A stretch of DNA of 61,348 nt, the filler included, from Theionarchaea archaeon (GTDB taxonomy: Archaea > Methanobacteriota_B > Thermococci > Methanofastidiosales > SZ-28-30), in the NCBI GenBank assembly GCA_018992565.1. It is 3 parts of 3 records of this genome, joined end to end, with 100 filler letters (N's around TTAATTAATTAA, not from the genome) between each part and the next. Parts side by side here need not be neighbours in the genome. Positions count along the whole stretch, not along the records: positions 1 to 20,981 come from JACVGW010000049.1; 2 more parts are not named here. The stretch is one strand, 5' to 3'. The notes under the pieces were generated by a model. The model saw only the letters and a list, made by a program, of their open reading frames with translations. It was not told the origin of the DNA and did no database searches. A program made the position numbers and the translations under genes. Positions 10,450 to 21,081 of the stretch are shown here, in pieces (position 1 is the stretch's first letter; each line of letters starts with the position of its first letter).

Positions 10450-10647
10450 ATGGCATTGTCTCACAGGCCCATTGACAGAATTATGCGGAAGGCCGGTGCA
10501 GAGAGAGTCTCTGAGGCCGCCGCTAAGGCACTCGCTAGCATACTTGAAGAAGAAGCAATCGAAATCTCAAAACTAGCTGTAGAATATGCTCAGCACGCTG
10601 GACGCAAGACAGTGAAAGCTGAGGACGTCAAGCTGGCACTAAGATAG
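10450..10647 (+). CDS. Archaeal histone (HMf family)
   Basis: [15 protein letters not shown]...[15 protein letters not shown]. Confidence 0.97.
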   Translation: MALSHRPIDRIMRKAGAERVSEAAAKALASILEEEAIEISKLAVEYAQHAGRKTVKAEDVKLALR

Positions 10648-10659
10648 ATGAACAACCAT

Positions 10660-10690
10660 TCACTTTCTTTTCTTTTTCCTGAATTTTAAT
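10660..10690 (+). terminator. Oligo(T) terminator tract
   Basis: CTTTCTTTTCTTTTTCC directly after the histone stop codon. Confidence 0.5.
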
Positions 10691-10791
10691 TCTCCTTCCA
10701 GTCAGCCTACATGGTCTCTTTACATTTTAATTCCCTTCTGGAACCAACATGCAACCCAAACCAATAAGTATGAGAAAAAGAACTCACTACT

Positions 10792-11736
10792 ATGATAGTT
10801 TTTGGTCCTGTACCTTCCCGGCGATTAGGGCAAAGCCTGGGGATAAATACCATCCCACCCAAGATCTGCACCTACTCGTGTATATATTGCCAACTGGGAC
10901 AAACCAGCAGTCTGCGGGTTCACCGGAGCCAATTTTACCCACCTGAAAATATTTTGAAAGAAGCCAGAGCTAGAATATGCAACGTTCACAAAAACATAGA
11001 TTTCATAACGATAGTCCCGGATGGAGAACCCACTCTGGACAAAGCCCTGGGTACTCTCGTTGACGTTTTGCGTGAATTCGGAATCAAGATTGCAGTCATA
11101 ACGAATGCCTCTCTCCTGTGGAATCCAGAAGTTCAAGAGGACCTTAGAAGGGCTGACTGGGTTTCGGTGAAAATCGATGCTGTCACTGATAAGGTGTGGC
11201 GGGCTGTGAACAGGCCTCACCCATCACTGGACATAGACACAGTACTTCAAGGTATCAGAGATTTCTCCAAGTCATACAAAGGTGAATTAACAACAGAGAC
11301 CATGCTTATCAAGTCCATAAATGATTCATTGCCCGAATTAGAGAAAATCCGTGACTTTATTGACAGCGTAACCCCTTCGAAAAGCTATATTGCCATGCCT
11401 ACAAGGCCTCCTGCTGAACCATGGGCCACTTCACCTTCTGAAGAAAGAATAACTGCAGCCTACCAAGTTTTCTCTGAAAAATTGGGCGCTGTAGAGTACC
11501 TGATAGGATATGAAGGTAATGAGTTTGCTTTCACTGGAAATATTAGAGAGGACCTGCTAGGTATTATGTCAGTTCATCCTATGCAAGAAGAAGGAGTGAG
11601 GGCACTGCTCTCAAGAGCGGGCGCACACTGGGACACAGTGAATGACCTGCTGGAGACAGGAGTCCTCAAAGAAGTGGTGTATCGTGGTAAGAAATTCTAT
11701 ATGAGAACACTCCCAGATGCACTCCACGGTCAGTGA
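10792..11736 (+). CDS. Radical SAM protein (COG0731-like)
   Basis: FGPVPSRRLGQSLGIN, CTYSCIYC, DGEPTL, ITNASL. Confidence 0.9.
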   Translation: MIVFGPVPSRRLGQSLGINTIPPKICTYSCIYCQLGQTSSLRVHRSQFYPPENILKEARARICNVHKNIDFITIVPDGEPTLDKALGTLVDVLREFGIKIAVITNASLLWNPEVQEDLRRADWVSVKIDAVTDKVWRAVNRPHPSLDIDTVLQGIRDFSKSYKGELTTETMLIKSINDSLPELEKIRDFIDSVTPSKSYIAMPTRPPAEPWATSPSEERITAAYQVFSEKLGAVEYLIGYEGNEFAFTGNIREDLLGIMSVHPMQEEGVRALLSRAGAHWDTVNDLLETGVLKEVVYRGKKFYMRTLPDALHGQ

Positions 11737-11836
11737 ACCTGCAGAGTAGTGTTCATGCACTCCCTTTTCGCTCATTATCACTCACCCTCTGTCCCAAATA
11801 CTCTTAAGCATTCCATACCATGAGAACTGTGATATC

Positions 11837-12298
11837 ATGACTGAAGAACACTATACTAGAAACGAATTCCACAAGAAGATGGCAGTGGATCTCTTCAATC
11901 TGGTGTGGTCACTTATGGATAAGAAGGAGCGGACCACAGAAGAAGATGATAAAATGGTGCATGCTGCCCATGCTTCCCGGTATCACTGGGGCGAAATAGG
12001 TACACCTGTTGAAATCGAGAGAGGAGAATGGCAGATTTCACGGGTATATTCAGTTCTCAATAGACCAGATGCTGCCCTGTACCATGGCAAGAGATGTCTG
12101 GAAATCTGCCAAGAGAATAATATTGGAGACTTTGACATGGCATTTGCTCATGAAGCTGTGGCACGTTCATACGCACTCCTGGGCAGAAAGGGAGAACGTG
12201 AAACTCATCTCGCGCTGGCAAGAGAGGCTGGAGAGCAAATCACAGAGGAAGGAGATAGAACGTACTTCTTCTCCGAGCTTGATACAATTCCTGAGTAG
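11837..12298 (+). CDS. Conserved all-helical hypothetical protein
   Basis: 153-aa ORF with coherent helical pattern (AVDLFN...HAAHASRYHW...EWQISRVY); function unknown. Confidence 0.75.
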   Translation: MTEEHYTRNEFHKKMAVDLFNLVWSLMDKKERTTEEDDKMVHAAHASRYHWGEIGTPVEIERGEWQISRVYSVLNRPDAALYHGKRCLEICQENNIGDFDMAFAHEAVARSYALLGRKGERETHLALAREAGEQITEEGDRTYFFSELDTIPE

Positions 12299-12396
12299 GA
12301 ACCTGTATGGTCTCCCCTGTACTACCTCGCATATTCATCTCATCTGCAGTGCCCTGTTCACCAGTATCAATCCTGACAACTGCTGTGTTGATTTCA

Positions 12397-12783
12397 CTAT
12401 GTGAGGGACTCCACGTACGCAGTGTACTCCTTGGCAGACATGAGCTTCTCGATTTCTTTCTTATCTGCTATGTCAACCTTGCATATCCATGCTGCATATG
12501 AATCCTGATTTATTGACTCCGGGGAATCAGTCAACGCATTGTTAACCTCTACCACGATACCTGAAACAGGTGCATATATGTCTGATACTGCCTTAACTGA
12601 TTCAATTTCGCAGAGTTTTCCTCCCTGAGTAACCTTGCCGGGTTTTGGGAGTTCTATGTACGCAATATCTCCCAGCTCCTCTGCAGCATAGTGGGACAAT
12701 CCCACCGTTCCGGTACCATCTTCTACTTTCAGCCATTCATGCTCTTTTGTATAATATAATCCTTCCTTGATTTTGTATTTCAT
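12397..12783 (-). CDS. gcvH: Glycine cleavage system H protein
   Basis: YYTKEHEW, LGDIAYIELP, lipoyl motif IESVKAVSDIYAPVSG. Confidence 0.96.
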   Translation of the reverse strand: MKYKIKEGLYYTKEHEWLKVEDGTGTVGLSHYAAEELGDIAYIELPKPGKVTQGGKLCEIESVKAVSDIYAPVSGIVVEVNNALTDSPESINQDSYAAWICKVDIADKKEIEKLMSAKEYTAYVESLT

Positions 12784-12786
12784 GAG

Positions 12787-13923
12787 TCACACCTCTCTGA
12801 ATGCTCCATATTTCTTGGGGTCATAAAAAGGTGGCGTCACCACAGTTGCTTTTTTGGGCTCTCCCCGTATGATAATCTCCACTGATTCTCCTGGTTTGCC
12901 TTCAGAGCTGTATCCAATGGCAATTCCTTTGCCTGTAATCACTGACTGCGTGCCGCTGGTTACTTCCCCAATGGAAATTCCATCCTTTGCGATGGTGTAT
13001 CCTTCTCTGGGGATTCCCCTCTCTGCCAGCTCCAGGTAGATGAGGTGCCTGTCGATTCCCTCTTTCTTCTGGATTTCCAGTGCCTCCTTTCCAATGAAAT
13101 CCTTTTCCCACTTGATGGGAGAGAACTCCCACAGGTGAAATCCTGCATCTAGAGGCGTATATTCATCATAGGGCTGGGAAAGCACCTGTTTCTCCAGAGT
13201 CTCATGGCCGTATAACGTGTACCCAGCTTCAATCCTGGTAGTATCTCTGGTTGCCAGACCACACGGTACAGCTCCAAGCTCCAGCAGGTCCTTCCACAGT
13301 GCCAGGGGATCAATCTCCACAAAGAGTTCAAATCCATTTTCTCCTGTGTAACCAGACTTGGATAAGAGAATTGGTTCTCCCTTGTACTCTGTTTCCCTGC
13401 ACTGGAACCACCATAAGTCCTGAATATTGATGGAGAACAACTGCTCCGCAAGAGCATGGGCTCCTGGACCCTGCACTGAGAGCAGAGAAATGTCAAAAGT
13501 CTTGTTGACTATCGTCACATCCAGATCTCCAGCCAGTGAAGCGGCTCCTTTCAAGGTCATCAACCAGGAATAGAGTTTTTCCATGGCCACCGCATCGCAT
13601 ACGATCATGTACTTGTCGCCACGGTTATAAATCAGCCCTTCGTCCTTTATCCCACCCCTTTCATTGAGGAAAATAGTATAGGTGGCAGATATGGGAGGAG
13701 GAACAGATACATCAGCCGTTGCCACATACTGTAGGAATTCGAGGGCATCATCTCCTCCTACATAGATTTCGGTCATATGAGAGACATCAAACAATCCCAC
13801 GTTATTTCTCACTGCCAGGTGCTCATCCTTTACTGAAGAATACCATAAGGGCATGTGCCAGCCTGCGTACTCGCCCAGTTTGGCATGTGCTTTGTGCCAG
13901 TCATAAAGCTTCAGCTTCTTCAT
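12787..13923 (-). CDS. gcvT: Glycine cleavage system aminomethyltransferase
   Basis: YAGWHMPLWY, GLFDVSHM, SGYTGENGFE, GLATRDTTRIEAGY. Confidence 0.95.
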   Translation of the reverse strand: MKKLKLYDWHKAHAKLGEYAGWHMPLWYSSVKDEHLAVRNNVGLFDVSHMTEIYVGGDDALEFLQYVATADVSVPPPISATYTIFLNERGGIKDEGLIYNRGDKYMIVCDAVAMEKLYSWLMTLKGAASLAGDLDVTIVNKTFDISLLSVQGPGAHALAEQLFSINIQDLWWFQCRETEYKGEPILLSKSGYTGENGFELFVEIDPLALWKDLLELGAVPCGLATRDTTRIEAGYTLYGHETLEKQVLSQPYDEYTPLDAGFHLWEFSPIKWEKDFIGKEALEIQKKEGIDRHLIYLELAERGIPREGYTIAKDGISIGEVTSGTQSVITGKGIAIGYSSEGKPGESVEIIIRGEPKKATVVTPPFYDPKKYGAFREV

Positions 13924-13973
13924 ACTAGTGATTACTGACACATTCTTTTAAGGGTTTGCAGGTCCAGAATCGG

Positions 13974-15203
13974 TCACAGCAGCAAATCAAGTACTCTGAG
14001 GAATAAACTTACATCAGTCACTATGCCGAATGCCTGAAAAGAACCCCTGTCAACTAACTTCGTCACAGCAGCAGGATTTATGTCCACACAGATTGTCCTT
14101 ACATAGCTGGGGAGCACATTCCCCACTGCAATTGAGTGCAACATACTGGCCAGCATCAGGACCAGATCAACGTCTTCCAGTAACTCGATGTATCGTTCTT
14201 GGGCAGTCCGCATGTCTGTGATAACGTCTGGAATTGGCCCATCGTCTCTTATGGATCCTGCAAGGGCATATGGAACATCATTTTTCAAACATTCAAAGAA
14301 AATTCCAGAGGTGAGCAGACCCTTTTCAAACAGCCCTCTCAACCCACCGTATGTATTGATGTAATTGATGGCCGCCATGTGGTGCCTGTGTCCTCCTTCA
14401 ACACTCTTACCTGATTCTAGAGAAACACCCAGGGAAGTGCCAAACAACATGGTCTCTACATCATGGACTGCGAGAGCATTTCCAGAAAGGAGACCATCGA
14501 CATACCCCTTTCTTATTAGACTGGCCAGATGGACAGAGCCCCCTGTGTGAATTACAGCAGGACCTGGAACAACACATATTCTTCCGCCTGATGATTTTGC
14601 TTCTCTCATGATAGTGGCTGCCTGTCTGACGAAGACAGTAATATTCCTTTCAGAGCTCACCATAGAATTCATAAAATCGAAGACAGATCTCTTTCGGGAC
14701 TTCTCCATGGGCATGACATGTATGCCTCTGGTTCCCACCACAACACAATCGTCTTTCTTGACGTAACGGAGTTTCCTGCAGGAGGCCTTTTTGAAATCGG
14801 GCGAAACTACAATAACACTGTCCATCATTTGCCTTTCTACCTCTATCCATGTTCCTTCCATTTTTATCGCTGTTCTATGGTTTGTAGTGGAATAGAACCT
14901 CTCCGGCACCACACAATCTGCAGGGGCTCTCTCCACCAGGACATTCTCGTCTTCAACAAAGGCTCCGAGCTGGGTTAACTCACCCATTATCTGGTCCATA
15001 TGCGCGTTATCTCGGGCAAAGACTGTCAGTGTTGTGACAGAAGGGTCTATGTTTGTCCTACCAATATCAAACTGCTCAAACCTGAACTTGCCTTCCAGAC
15101 TCACGATTCTGTCCAATACAGAAGACATTATGTCTGAATCCACAAGATGGCCCTGCAATCTGACAGTTTTCTCGACAGAAGAAAGATTATTCTCATCCAT
15201 CAT
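13974..15203 (-). CDS. TIGR00300 / LOR-SDH family protein (probable ornithine cyclodeaminase)
   Basis: GHLVDS, FYSTTNH, GPAVIHTG, GNALAVHD, LAGSIRDDGP, MLHSIAVGN. Confidence 0.88.
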   Translation of the reverse strand: MMDENNLSSVEKTVRLQGHLVDSDIMSSVLDRIVSLEGKFRFEQFDIGRTNIDPSVTTLTVFARDNAHMDQIMGELTQLGAFVEDENVLVERAPADCVVPERFYSTTNHRTAIKMEGTWIEVERQMMDSVIVVSPDFKKASCRKLRYVKKDDCVVVGTRGIHVMPMEKSRKRSVFDFMNSMVSSERNITVFVRQAATIMREAKSSGGRICVVPGPAVIHTGGSVHLASLIRKGYVDGLLSGNALAVHDVETMLFGTSLGVSLESGKSVEGGHRHHMAAINYINTYGGLRGLFEKGLLTSGIFFECLKNDVPYALAGSIRDDGPIPDVITDMRTAQERYIELLEDVDLVLMLASMLHSIAVGNVLPSYVRTICVDINPAAVTKLVDRGSFQAFGIVTDVSLFLRVLDLLL

Positions 15204-15434
15204 CCATGTCAAGAAGATGAGTACCTTAAATAGATATCCACCGCATAGTTGATCATGGATTCAGTTATGAATGAGTGAAGATCTGTTTCTGCCCACAAGA
15301 AAGCTACAACTGCACTCCAGTCAGCACATCTATGGGGAGCAGTGGCACCCACAGGACAGCGATTTTTAGAATGGGACAGTCTATCGGCCCTTTTCCAGGC
15401 AAGTGTTTATAAATACATGATTCACATCGCGGTC

Positions 15435-16310
15435 ATGTCTTTCCCCATTATTGATGGTCACATGCACCTTGCAACAGATTCTATGGCAAAGAAGTGGGCT
15501 CGATCTGAACAGGAGGAGTCTATCATAAGAAAGAGAAGAGAGCACTTCAAGATCCCCGGTTATGAACTCTATCCTCTCCAGAAGACGGCAGAATTATGGA
15601 AGGCAGAATTTGATAAGTACAACATATCAAAGGGCGTCTTCCTTACGTATGAGCCTCACAATGAAGATTTGCTTTCCTTTGTAAAAGATAGTCAGTTTAT
15701 CGGGTTTACCAGTGTGGATCCCACCATTGAGCATGCTCCTGCTATGGTAGAAGAAGACATTAAGGCAGGGCTGAAAGGGCTGAAACTCTACCCTGTGAAT
15801 AGAGGATTTTCTGTCTCAGACAAACGCTGTTACCCCGTATACGAAACAGCACAAACCCTGGGGATACCAATCACACTCCATTTTGGAGTCTCTATTGGAT
15901 ATTTCAGTGATTTGCGATATGGAAATCCCATTGATTTACACCCTGTTGCAAGAGACTTTCCCGACATTACGTTCATCCTTGCTCATTTTGGATGTGGCTT
16001 TCTGCGGGAGTCTTTGTTTCTGAGCTACCAATGTCAGAACATCTATTTTGACACCTCAAGTTCCAACAGATGGATAGAGTATCTACCCTACGAGATCACC
16101 TTACGAGAAGTCTTTAAGAAGTGTTTGAAGGTTTTGGGGCCAGATAGGCTCATATTTGGAACAGATTCCAATTTCTTCCCCAGAGGATACCGATACAATA
16201 TAGTAGAAGAGCAAAAACTCATTCTGGACTCTCTTCAGGTGAAGGAAAAGGAGCAGGCAAAGATTTTTGGAGAGAACATGGCGAGACTTCTCAATGTCAG
16301 GTTAGACTAA
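15435..16310 (+). CDS. Amidohydrolase family 2 protein
   Basis: IIDGHMH, GLKLYP, ILAHFG, FGTDS; TTTATAAA box about 25 nt upstream. Confidence 0.88.
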   Translation: MSFPIIDGHMHLATDSMAKKWARSEQEESIIRKRREHFKIPGYELYPLQKTAELWKAEFDKYNISKGVFLTYEPHNEDLLSFVKDSQFIGFTSVDPTIEHAPAMVEEDIKAGLKGLKLYPVNRGFSVSDKRCYPVYETAQTLGIPITLHFGVSIGYFSDLRYGNPIDLHPVARDFPDITFILAHFGCGFLRESLFLSYQCQNIYFDTSSSNRWIEYLPYEITLREVFKKCLKVLGPDRLIFGTDSNFFPRGYRYNIVEEQKLILDSLQVKEKEQAKIFGENMARLLNVRLD

Positions 16311-16999
16311 TGGTGTCTATCTACCTGGGAAACCTCTTGAGAGCGCAATTCATAGAACGTGTGAACAGATTCGTATGCACAGTCCTCTTGGATGGCAACA
16401 TAAGAGAAGTCCATCTTCACGATCCAGGACGCCTGAAAGAGCTTCTGGTGAAAGGAGTCCCTGTTCTGCTGCGTGAAGAACCTGGACCTCACAGGAGAAC
16501 GCACTATGACATGGTTATCATATACAAGAATTCCACTCCTGTGTGCTGCGATTCCCGCGTTCCAAACCAGCTGACGAAGAGAGCACTTCAAGACAGGGCA
16601 CTACCCGAGTTACCTGGATATCACAAGATTATCCCCGAGTATTCCTTCCAGGACTCACGACTTGATTTCTGCCTCGACAACAGAATTCTCATAGAAGTGA
16701 AAGGAGTCTCTCTGGTGAGAGATGACAGAGCGCTCTTTCCTGATGCTCCCACCAGCAGGGGCAGACGCCACCTGGAAACCCTCATCTCTGCCACACACCA
16801 GGGATATACCTGCTACGTTCTTTTTCTGGTACAGAGACCCGATGCCAGCACGTTCTCACCTAACAGAGCAACTGACCCTCAATTCGCTGTCACCCTGCAA
16901 AAAGCAGCCCAGGAAGGTGTCAACCTTCTTGTATACACGTCAACCCTGCAGGGAACCCACATCCACCTGAAGGAAAAGATCACTTCCATTATTCTGTAA
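16310..16999 (+). CDS. sfsA: SfsA family nuclease
   Basis: RVNRF, HLHDPGRL, SRLDF, IEVKGV, FPDAPTSRGRRHL. Confidence 0.93.
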   Translation: MVSIYLGNLLRAQFIERVNRFVCTVLLDGNIREVHLHDPGRLKELLVKGVPVLLREEPGPHRRTHYDMVIIYKNSTPVCCDSRVPNQLTKRALQDRALPELPGYHKIIPEYSFQDSRLDFCLDNRILIEVKGVSLVRDDRALFPDAPTSRGRRHLETLISATHQGYTCYVLFLVQRPDASTFSPNRATDPQFAVTLQKAAQEGVNLLVYTSTLQGTHIHLKEKITSIIL

Positions 17000-17060
17000 C
17001 CTGGCCGCCACCCATAACATTTATAAGTGGATATATTAGCATATAATAATAGGTGAATAC

Positions 17061-18095
17061 ATGAATGGAATGACCTTGCTGGAAGCAGGAGCCCTCGAAC
17101 TCCTGGAATATCTACAGGCACATGTTGTAACCTGTCTGGTGCCTGCCTTCTTTATTGCTGGAGCAATAGCTGTATTTATCTCCAAACAGTCAGTTCTCAC
17201 ATATTTTGGAGCGCAGGCCAAGAAGTACGTATCCTATCCCGTGGCTTCTGTTTCTGGGTGCATTCTGGCTGCCTGCTCCTGTACAGTTATTCCCCTGTTT
17301 GCGGGGATTTACAGAAGAGGTGCTGGGATTGGCCCTGCCACAGCGTTCCTGTACTCAGGACCGGCTATCAATATCCTTGCTATCGTTTTTACAGCCCGTG
17401 TACTGGGATTTGAAGTTGGGCTGGTCAGGGCTGTCCTGGCAATTGTGATGGCGGTGGTCATTGGGCTAATCATGGCTTTTCTGTATCAAAAAGAAGACAG
17501 AGGTTCTCACCCCCAAAGCAGAGTGTATTCTGAGCCTGAAAATGCGAAATACAAGACGTGGGTGTTCTTTGTAGATCTGGTGCTCATTCTGGTGGTTGGA
17601 GCTTCAACTCTGCGAGGTGTAATAAAGTGGCCTGTTGTCATGGGGTTACTACTGGTCCTTGGCTATGTTATCATCAAATGGCAGAATCACTCAGACACCA
17701 AGCTCTGGCTGACTGAAACCTGGCAGCTCTCCAAGCTGATTGTACCGTATTTGCTGGTAGGTGTGGTTGCAGCCGGAATCATCAAACAGGTGCTGCCTCC
17801 CGCCTATGTGTCTCGGTTCGTTGGAGGAAACTCAGTATCGGCAAATGTAACTGCCTCTGTCGCGGGAGCATTAATGTATTTCGCGACGCTCACTGAAGTC
17901 CCTATTGTAGAGTCTCTCATGTCTTTAGGAATGGGCAAAGGACCACAACTGGCGTTGTTGTTAGCAGGGCCTGCTCTCTCCCTGCCCAATATGCTGGCTA
18001 TCAGACAGGTTCTGGGAACGCAGAAAACGCTCACGTACGTAGGGCTGGTAATCATATGTGCCAGTCTCTCAGGGATACTTTACGGGGGGATCTAA
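17061..18095 (+). CDS. DUF318/ArsP-family permease
   Basis: CLVPAFFIAGAI, CSCTVIPLF, FLYSGPAIN, YFATLTEVP, GPALSLP. Confidence 0.88.
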   Translation: MNGMTLLEAGALELLEYLQAHVVTCLVPAFFIAGAIAVFISKQSVLTYFGAQAKKYVSYPVASVSGCILAACSCTVIPLFAGIYRRGAGIGPATAFLYSGPAINILAIVFTARVLGFEVGLVRAVLAIVMAVVIGLIMAFLYQKEDRGSHPQSRVYSEPENAKYKTWVFFVDLVLILVVGASTLRGVIKWPVVMGLLLVLGYVIIKWQNHSDTKLWLTETWQLSKLIVPYLLVGVVAAGIIKQVLPPAYVSRFVGGNSVSANVTASVAGALMYFATLTEVPIVESLMSLGMGKGPQLALLLAGPALSLPNMLAIRQVLGTQKTLTYVGLVIICASLSGILYGGI

Positions 18096-18097
18096 CG

Positions 18098-18385
18098 ATG
18101 TGGCACAACATTCCAAGAGAAAGGATACCGTGGTTTCCCACAGTTGATGAAGAAAAATGTACTGGGTGCAGAACGTGCTTTGAGTTCTGTCCACATTCTG
18201 TCTATGAGATGAAAGGTGATGCAGTTCATGTCAGTCACCCATACCAGTGTGTAGTGGGCTGTTCAAACTGCCAGGCACTGTGTCCTCAAGGTGCCATTTC
18301 GTTTCCTGATATTAGAGAGGTGAGAACTCTCATTGCCGGGCTGAGAAAAGATGAGCCCCCAGAGGAAGATACACCTAGGAGGTGA
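18098..18385 (+). CDS. 4Fe-4S dicluster ferredoxin-like protein
   Basis: CTGCRTCFEFCP and CVVGCSNCQALCP. Confidence 0.88.
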   Translation: MWHNIPRERIPWFPTVDEEKCTGCRTCFEFCPHSVYEMKGDAVHVSHPYQCVVGCSNCQALCPQGAISFPDIREVRTLIAGLRKDEPPEEDTPRR

Positions 18386-18389
18386 TACA

Positions 18390-18656
18390 ATGAAAATCAT
18401 TATTCGTGTATTCGGTCCTGAGCCTGGGTGCGCCAAGTGTAAAGGTGCAGAGAAGGTGGCAACTGAAGTAGCACATAAATTCGAGGGTGTGACTGTGAAG
18501 AAGTGTGACGTATTCTCAGACGAGGCTGAAGAATTCGGTGTTATGATGACTCCTACTGTAATGGTCAACGATATCACAGTCGAGGTTGGGAGAATACCTT
18601 CTGCAGGAAAATTGGAAACTATTGTAAGAGAAGTACTGGGAGGTGACACAAAGTGA
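18390..18656 (+). CDS. Small thioredoxin-like redox protein (MTH895 type)
   Basis: GCAKC, GVMMTP, GRIPS; GGAGGTGA RBS. Confidence 0.88.
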   Translation: MKIIIRVFGPEPGCAKCKGAEKVATEVAHKFEGVTVKKCDVFSDEAEEFGVMMTPTVMVNDITVEVGRIPSAGKLETIVREVLGGDTK

Positions 18657-19087
18657 GACATAACTTTGTCCTGCTCTTGATCGTGGTGGTGTTCAGTCTA
18701 TGCATACATGACAGTCCACAGACTGCACCCTCCGGCGCATTGACCGATGTAACACAAGAGAACCAGATTCTGGTAGTCCATTTTCACAGAGTAGCCCAGT
18801 GTACCTGCTGCATAAATGTAGGTGAGTGGGCGGAGGAGACTGTCAGAGAGTTTTTCCCAAGAGAGTTCGAATCCGGGACAATCCAATATCTGGATGTCTG
18901 CGTTGAAGACAATCCAGAGCTGGCCAGCAAGTACAATGCGTATGGCGCTTCGCTATACATCAACATAGTAAAAGAAGGTCGCGACAACATCACTGAAACC
19001 ATGGATGTGTGGCAGTATTGTTTCGATCATGACAACTATGTCAGGGTGATGAAAACAGTGCTTGAGACTGCATTGGAGCAGTTGTGA
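18653..19087 (+). CDS. Secreted or lipoprotein thioredoxin-fold protein (ArsF-like)
   Basis: Signal peptide with Cys; VVHFHRVAQCTCC motif; LASKYNAYGASL. Confidence 0.7.
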   Translation: MRHNFVLLLIVVVFSLCIHDSPQTAPSGALTDVTQENQILVVHFHRVAQCTCCINVGEWAEETVREFFPREFESGTIQYLDVCVEDNPELASKYNAYGASLYINIVKEGRDNITETMDVWQYCFDHDNYVRVMKTVLETALEQL

Positions 19088-19473
19088 ATCGAGGAGGTTG
19101 TTTCTTGCTTGACTGGACACAATCTGTAACCCAGGTTCCATTTATCACTGCCTTCATGCTAGGGTTAGTGACGGCAGTAAGCCCTTGTGCACTGGCTGCC
19201 AATGTATCGGGAGTAGCTTTCATTTCTCGCACCATGATGCTGCCCAGGTATGCGGTTGTGGTGGGACTGCTCATCAGCCTGGGGAGAATTAGCACGTTCA
19301 TGATCATTGGGGGGGTGATGATTGCTACAGGGCACACCATTGGCAGAATTGCATTGCTTTCTCAGACTGCAGGCAGTCTCTTGCTGGGATGTATGCTCAT
19401 ACTTGTGGGAGCACTGTTCCTGAATGTGATATCAGTCGCCCGAGACCTAGGAGGGAACGTCCTTGCTGGCCTC
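19084..19473 (+). CDS. CcdA/ArsG-like membrane protein, 3' end lost in gap
   Basis: AFMLGLVTAVSPCALAAN, GRI, hydrophobic helices. Confidence 0.75.
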
Positions 19474-19573
19474 NNNNNNNNNNNNNNNNNNNNNNNNNNN
19501 NNNNNNNNNNNNNNNNNNNNNNNNNNNNNNNNNNNNNNNNNNNNNNNNNNNNNNNNNNNNNNNNNNNNNNNNN

Positions 19574-20535
19574 AGCCCAAACAACAGAGTTGCTGTGGCA
19601 ATGGCAACTTCAAAGTGGTTTGAAGCACCTATCATTGCGGAGGGGGCTGCATCATGGTAGGACAGATTCAACAAACGGGCCAACACAAAGTATCCAAGAC
19701 TGAAGATAGTCACTGTTTGCACAAACAGAGGAACAGCAATCCAGAGAATGGTTAGAGGGTTTTCTACAATCACTTCTCCCTTGAAGGCGAATAATAACAC
19801 CAGTGTGGCCAGAAGCGCAATGATGCTGATGGGAGTGAGCAGATGCAGAAATCTCTCAGTGAACCACAGTATCCCCTTGGACTTGATAATCTGTTTTCGG
19901 GAGAAGTAACCTGCAGCCAGCGGTAGTGCCACGTAGAAGGTGACAGAAAGGACAATCGTCTGCCAGGGAATTGGCATTGCATTGATCCCCAGGAGGAACC
20001 CTCCAAGGGGGGCATACAGCACCAGCATAGTCAGAGAGTTGATGGCTACCATTACCAGCGTTAGCCCATCATTTCCCCTGGCCAGATAGCTCCACATGAG
20101 AACCATAGCAGTACAGGGAGCAATGCCCAGGAGAATTGCGCCAGAAATGTAGCTTCTCCACAATTCCACTTCCTGTCCTGTCTTCACTATCTCAGTACCG
20201 GGAATGAATCCCTTAAACACAACTCCCAGGAAGAAAGAAGCAATCACGTACATGGTGAAGGGCTTGATGGCCCAGTTAATGAATAGGGTGAGTCCTACTG
20301 GTTTGGGGGTTTTGGCAGCTCTCACCACTTCTGCAAAATCTATTTTTACCATGATAGGGTACATCATGAAGAAGAGACATACTGCGATCGGCACCGACAC
20401 CTGGTATATTGAGAATGAATCCAGTGCAACTGCCACTCCAGGTGCCACCTTTCCCAGCATGATGCCTCCCCCTATGCAACCCAAGACCCACACTGTCAGG
20501 TATTTCTCAAAGATTGAAAGTCTTTTTTCTATCAT
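19574..20535 (-). CDS. acr3: ACR3 arsenite efflux transporter, 3' end lost in gap
   Basis: [45 protein letters not shown]. Confidence 0.94.
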
Positions 20536-20666
20536 CCTCTACCTCCTCAACCCCATGGTTGTTATCCATCATGATATTGACAAATATATAATGATGTATT
20601 TATATACTTATTGATTGAGTAAAACCATGCAGGTAGGTTTAAATATAAGTCATCACTAATATTATT

Positions 20667-20960
20667 ATGCATCTTAAGCTCAAGATTCTGAAGGCATTGA
20701 GTGATGAAACCCGGTTGAATATTCTTGAATTCTTGCGGGATGGGGAGAAGTGTGTCTGTGAGATTGTTCCTTACATTGGCACGTCTCAGTCTAATGTTTC
20801 GCAGCATCTGAGAATTCTCAAAGACGCAAACGTGCTGACGGACAGGAAAGAAGGTAAGTCCATCTACTATTCTGTTGTGGACGAAGATATCTACCAATGC
20901 CTGGATGATCTGGAAGGAATTGCAGAGAATGCGGTAAAACGCCTGCTTGAAATCTACTGA
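20667..20960 (+). CDS. arsR: ArsR/SmtB family repressor, divergent from acr3
   Basis: KALSDETRL, metal site EKCVCEI, SQSNVSQHL. Confidence 0.9.
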   Translation: MHLKLKILKALSDETRLNILEFLRDGEKCVCEIVPYIGTSQSNVSQHLRILKDANVLTDRKEGKSIYYSVVDEDIYQCLDDLEGIAENAVKRLLEIY

Positions 20961-20981
20961 AGACCTTTCCTGATGACATGA

Positions 20982-21081
20982 NNNNNNNNNNNNNNNNNNN
21001 NNNNNNNNNNNNNNNNNNNNNNNNNTTAATTAATTAANNNNNNNNNNNNNNNNNNNNNNNNNNNNNNNNNNNNNNNNNNNN
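20982..21081. other. Assembly gap with artificial TTAATTAATTAA linker
   Basis: N run with an all-frame stop linker in its centre. Confidence 0.95.

Noticed and set aside
21026..21037. Perfect palindrome TTAATTAATTAA inside N runs (also 41239-41250)
   Set aside because: Artificial all-frame stop linker used to join contigs. It also means the arsR-rdhA and HTH-secreted peptide adjacencies cannot be interpreted.
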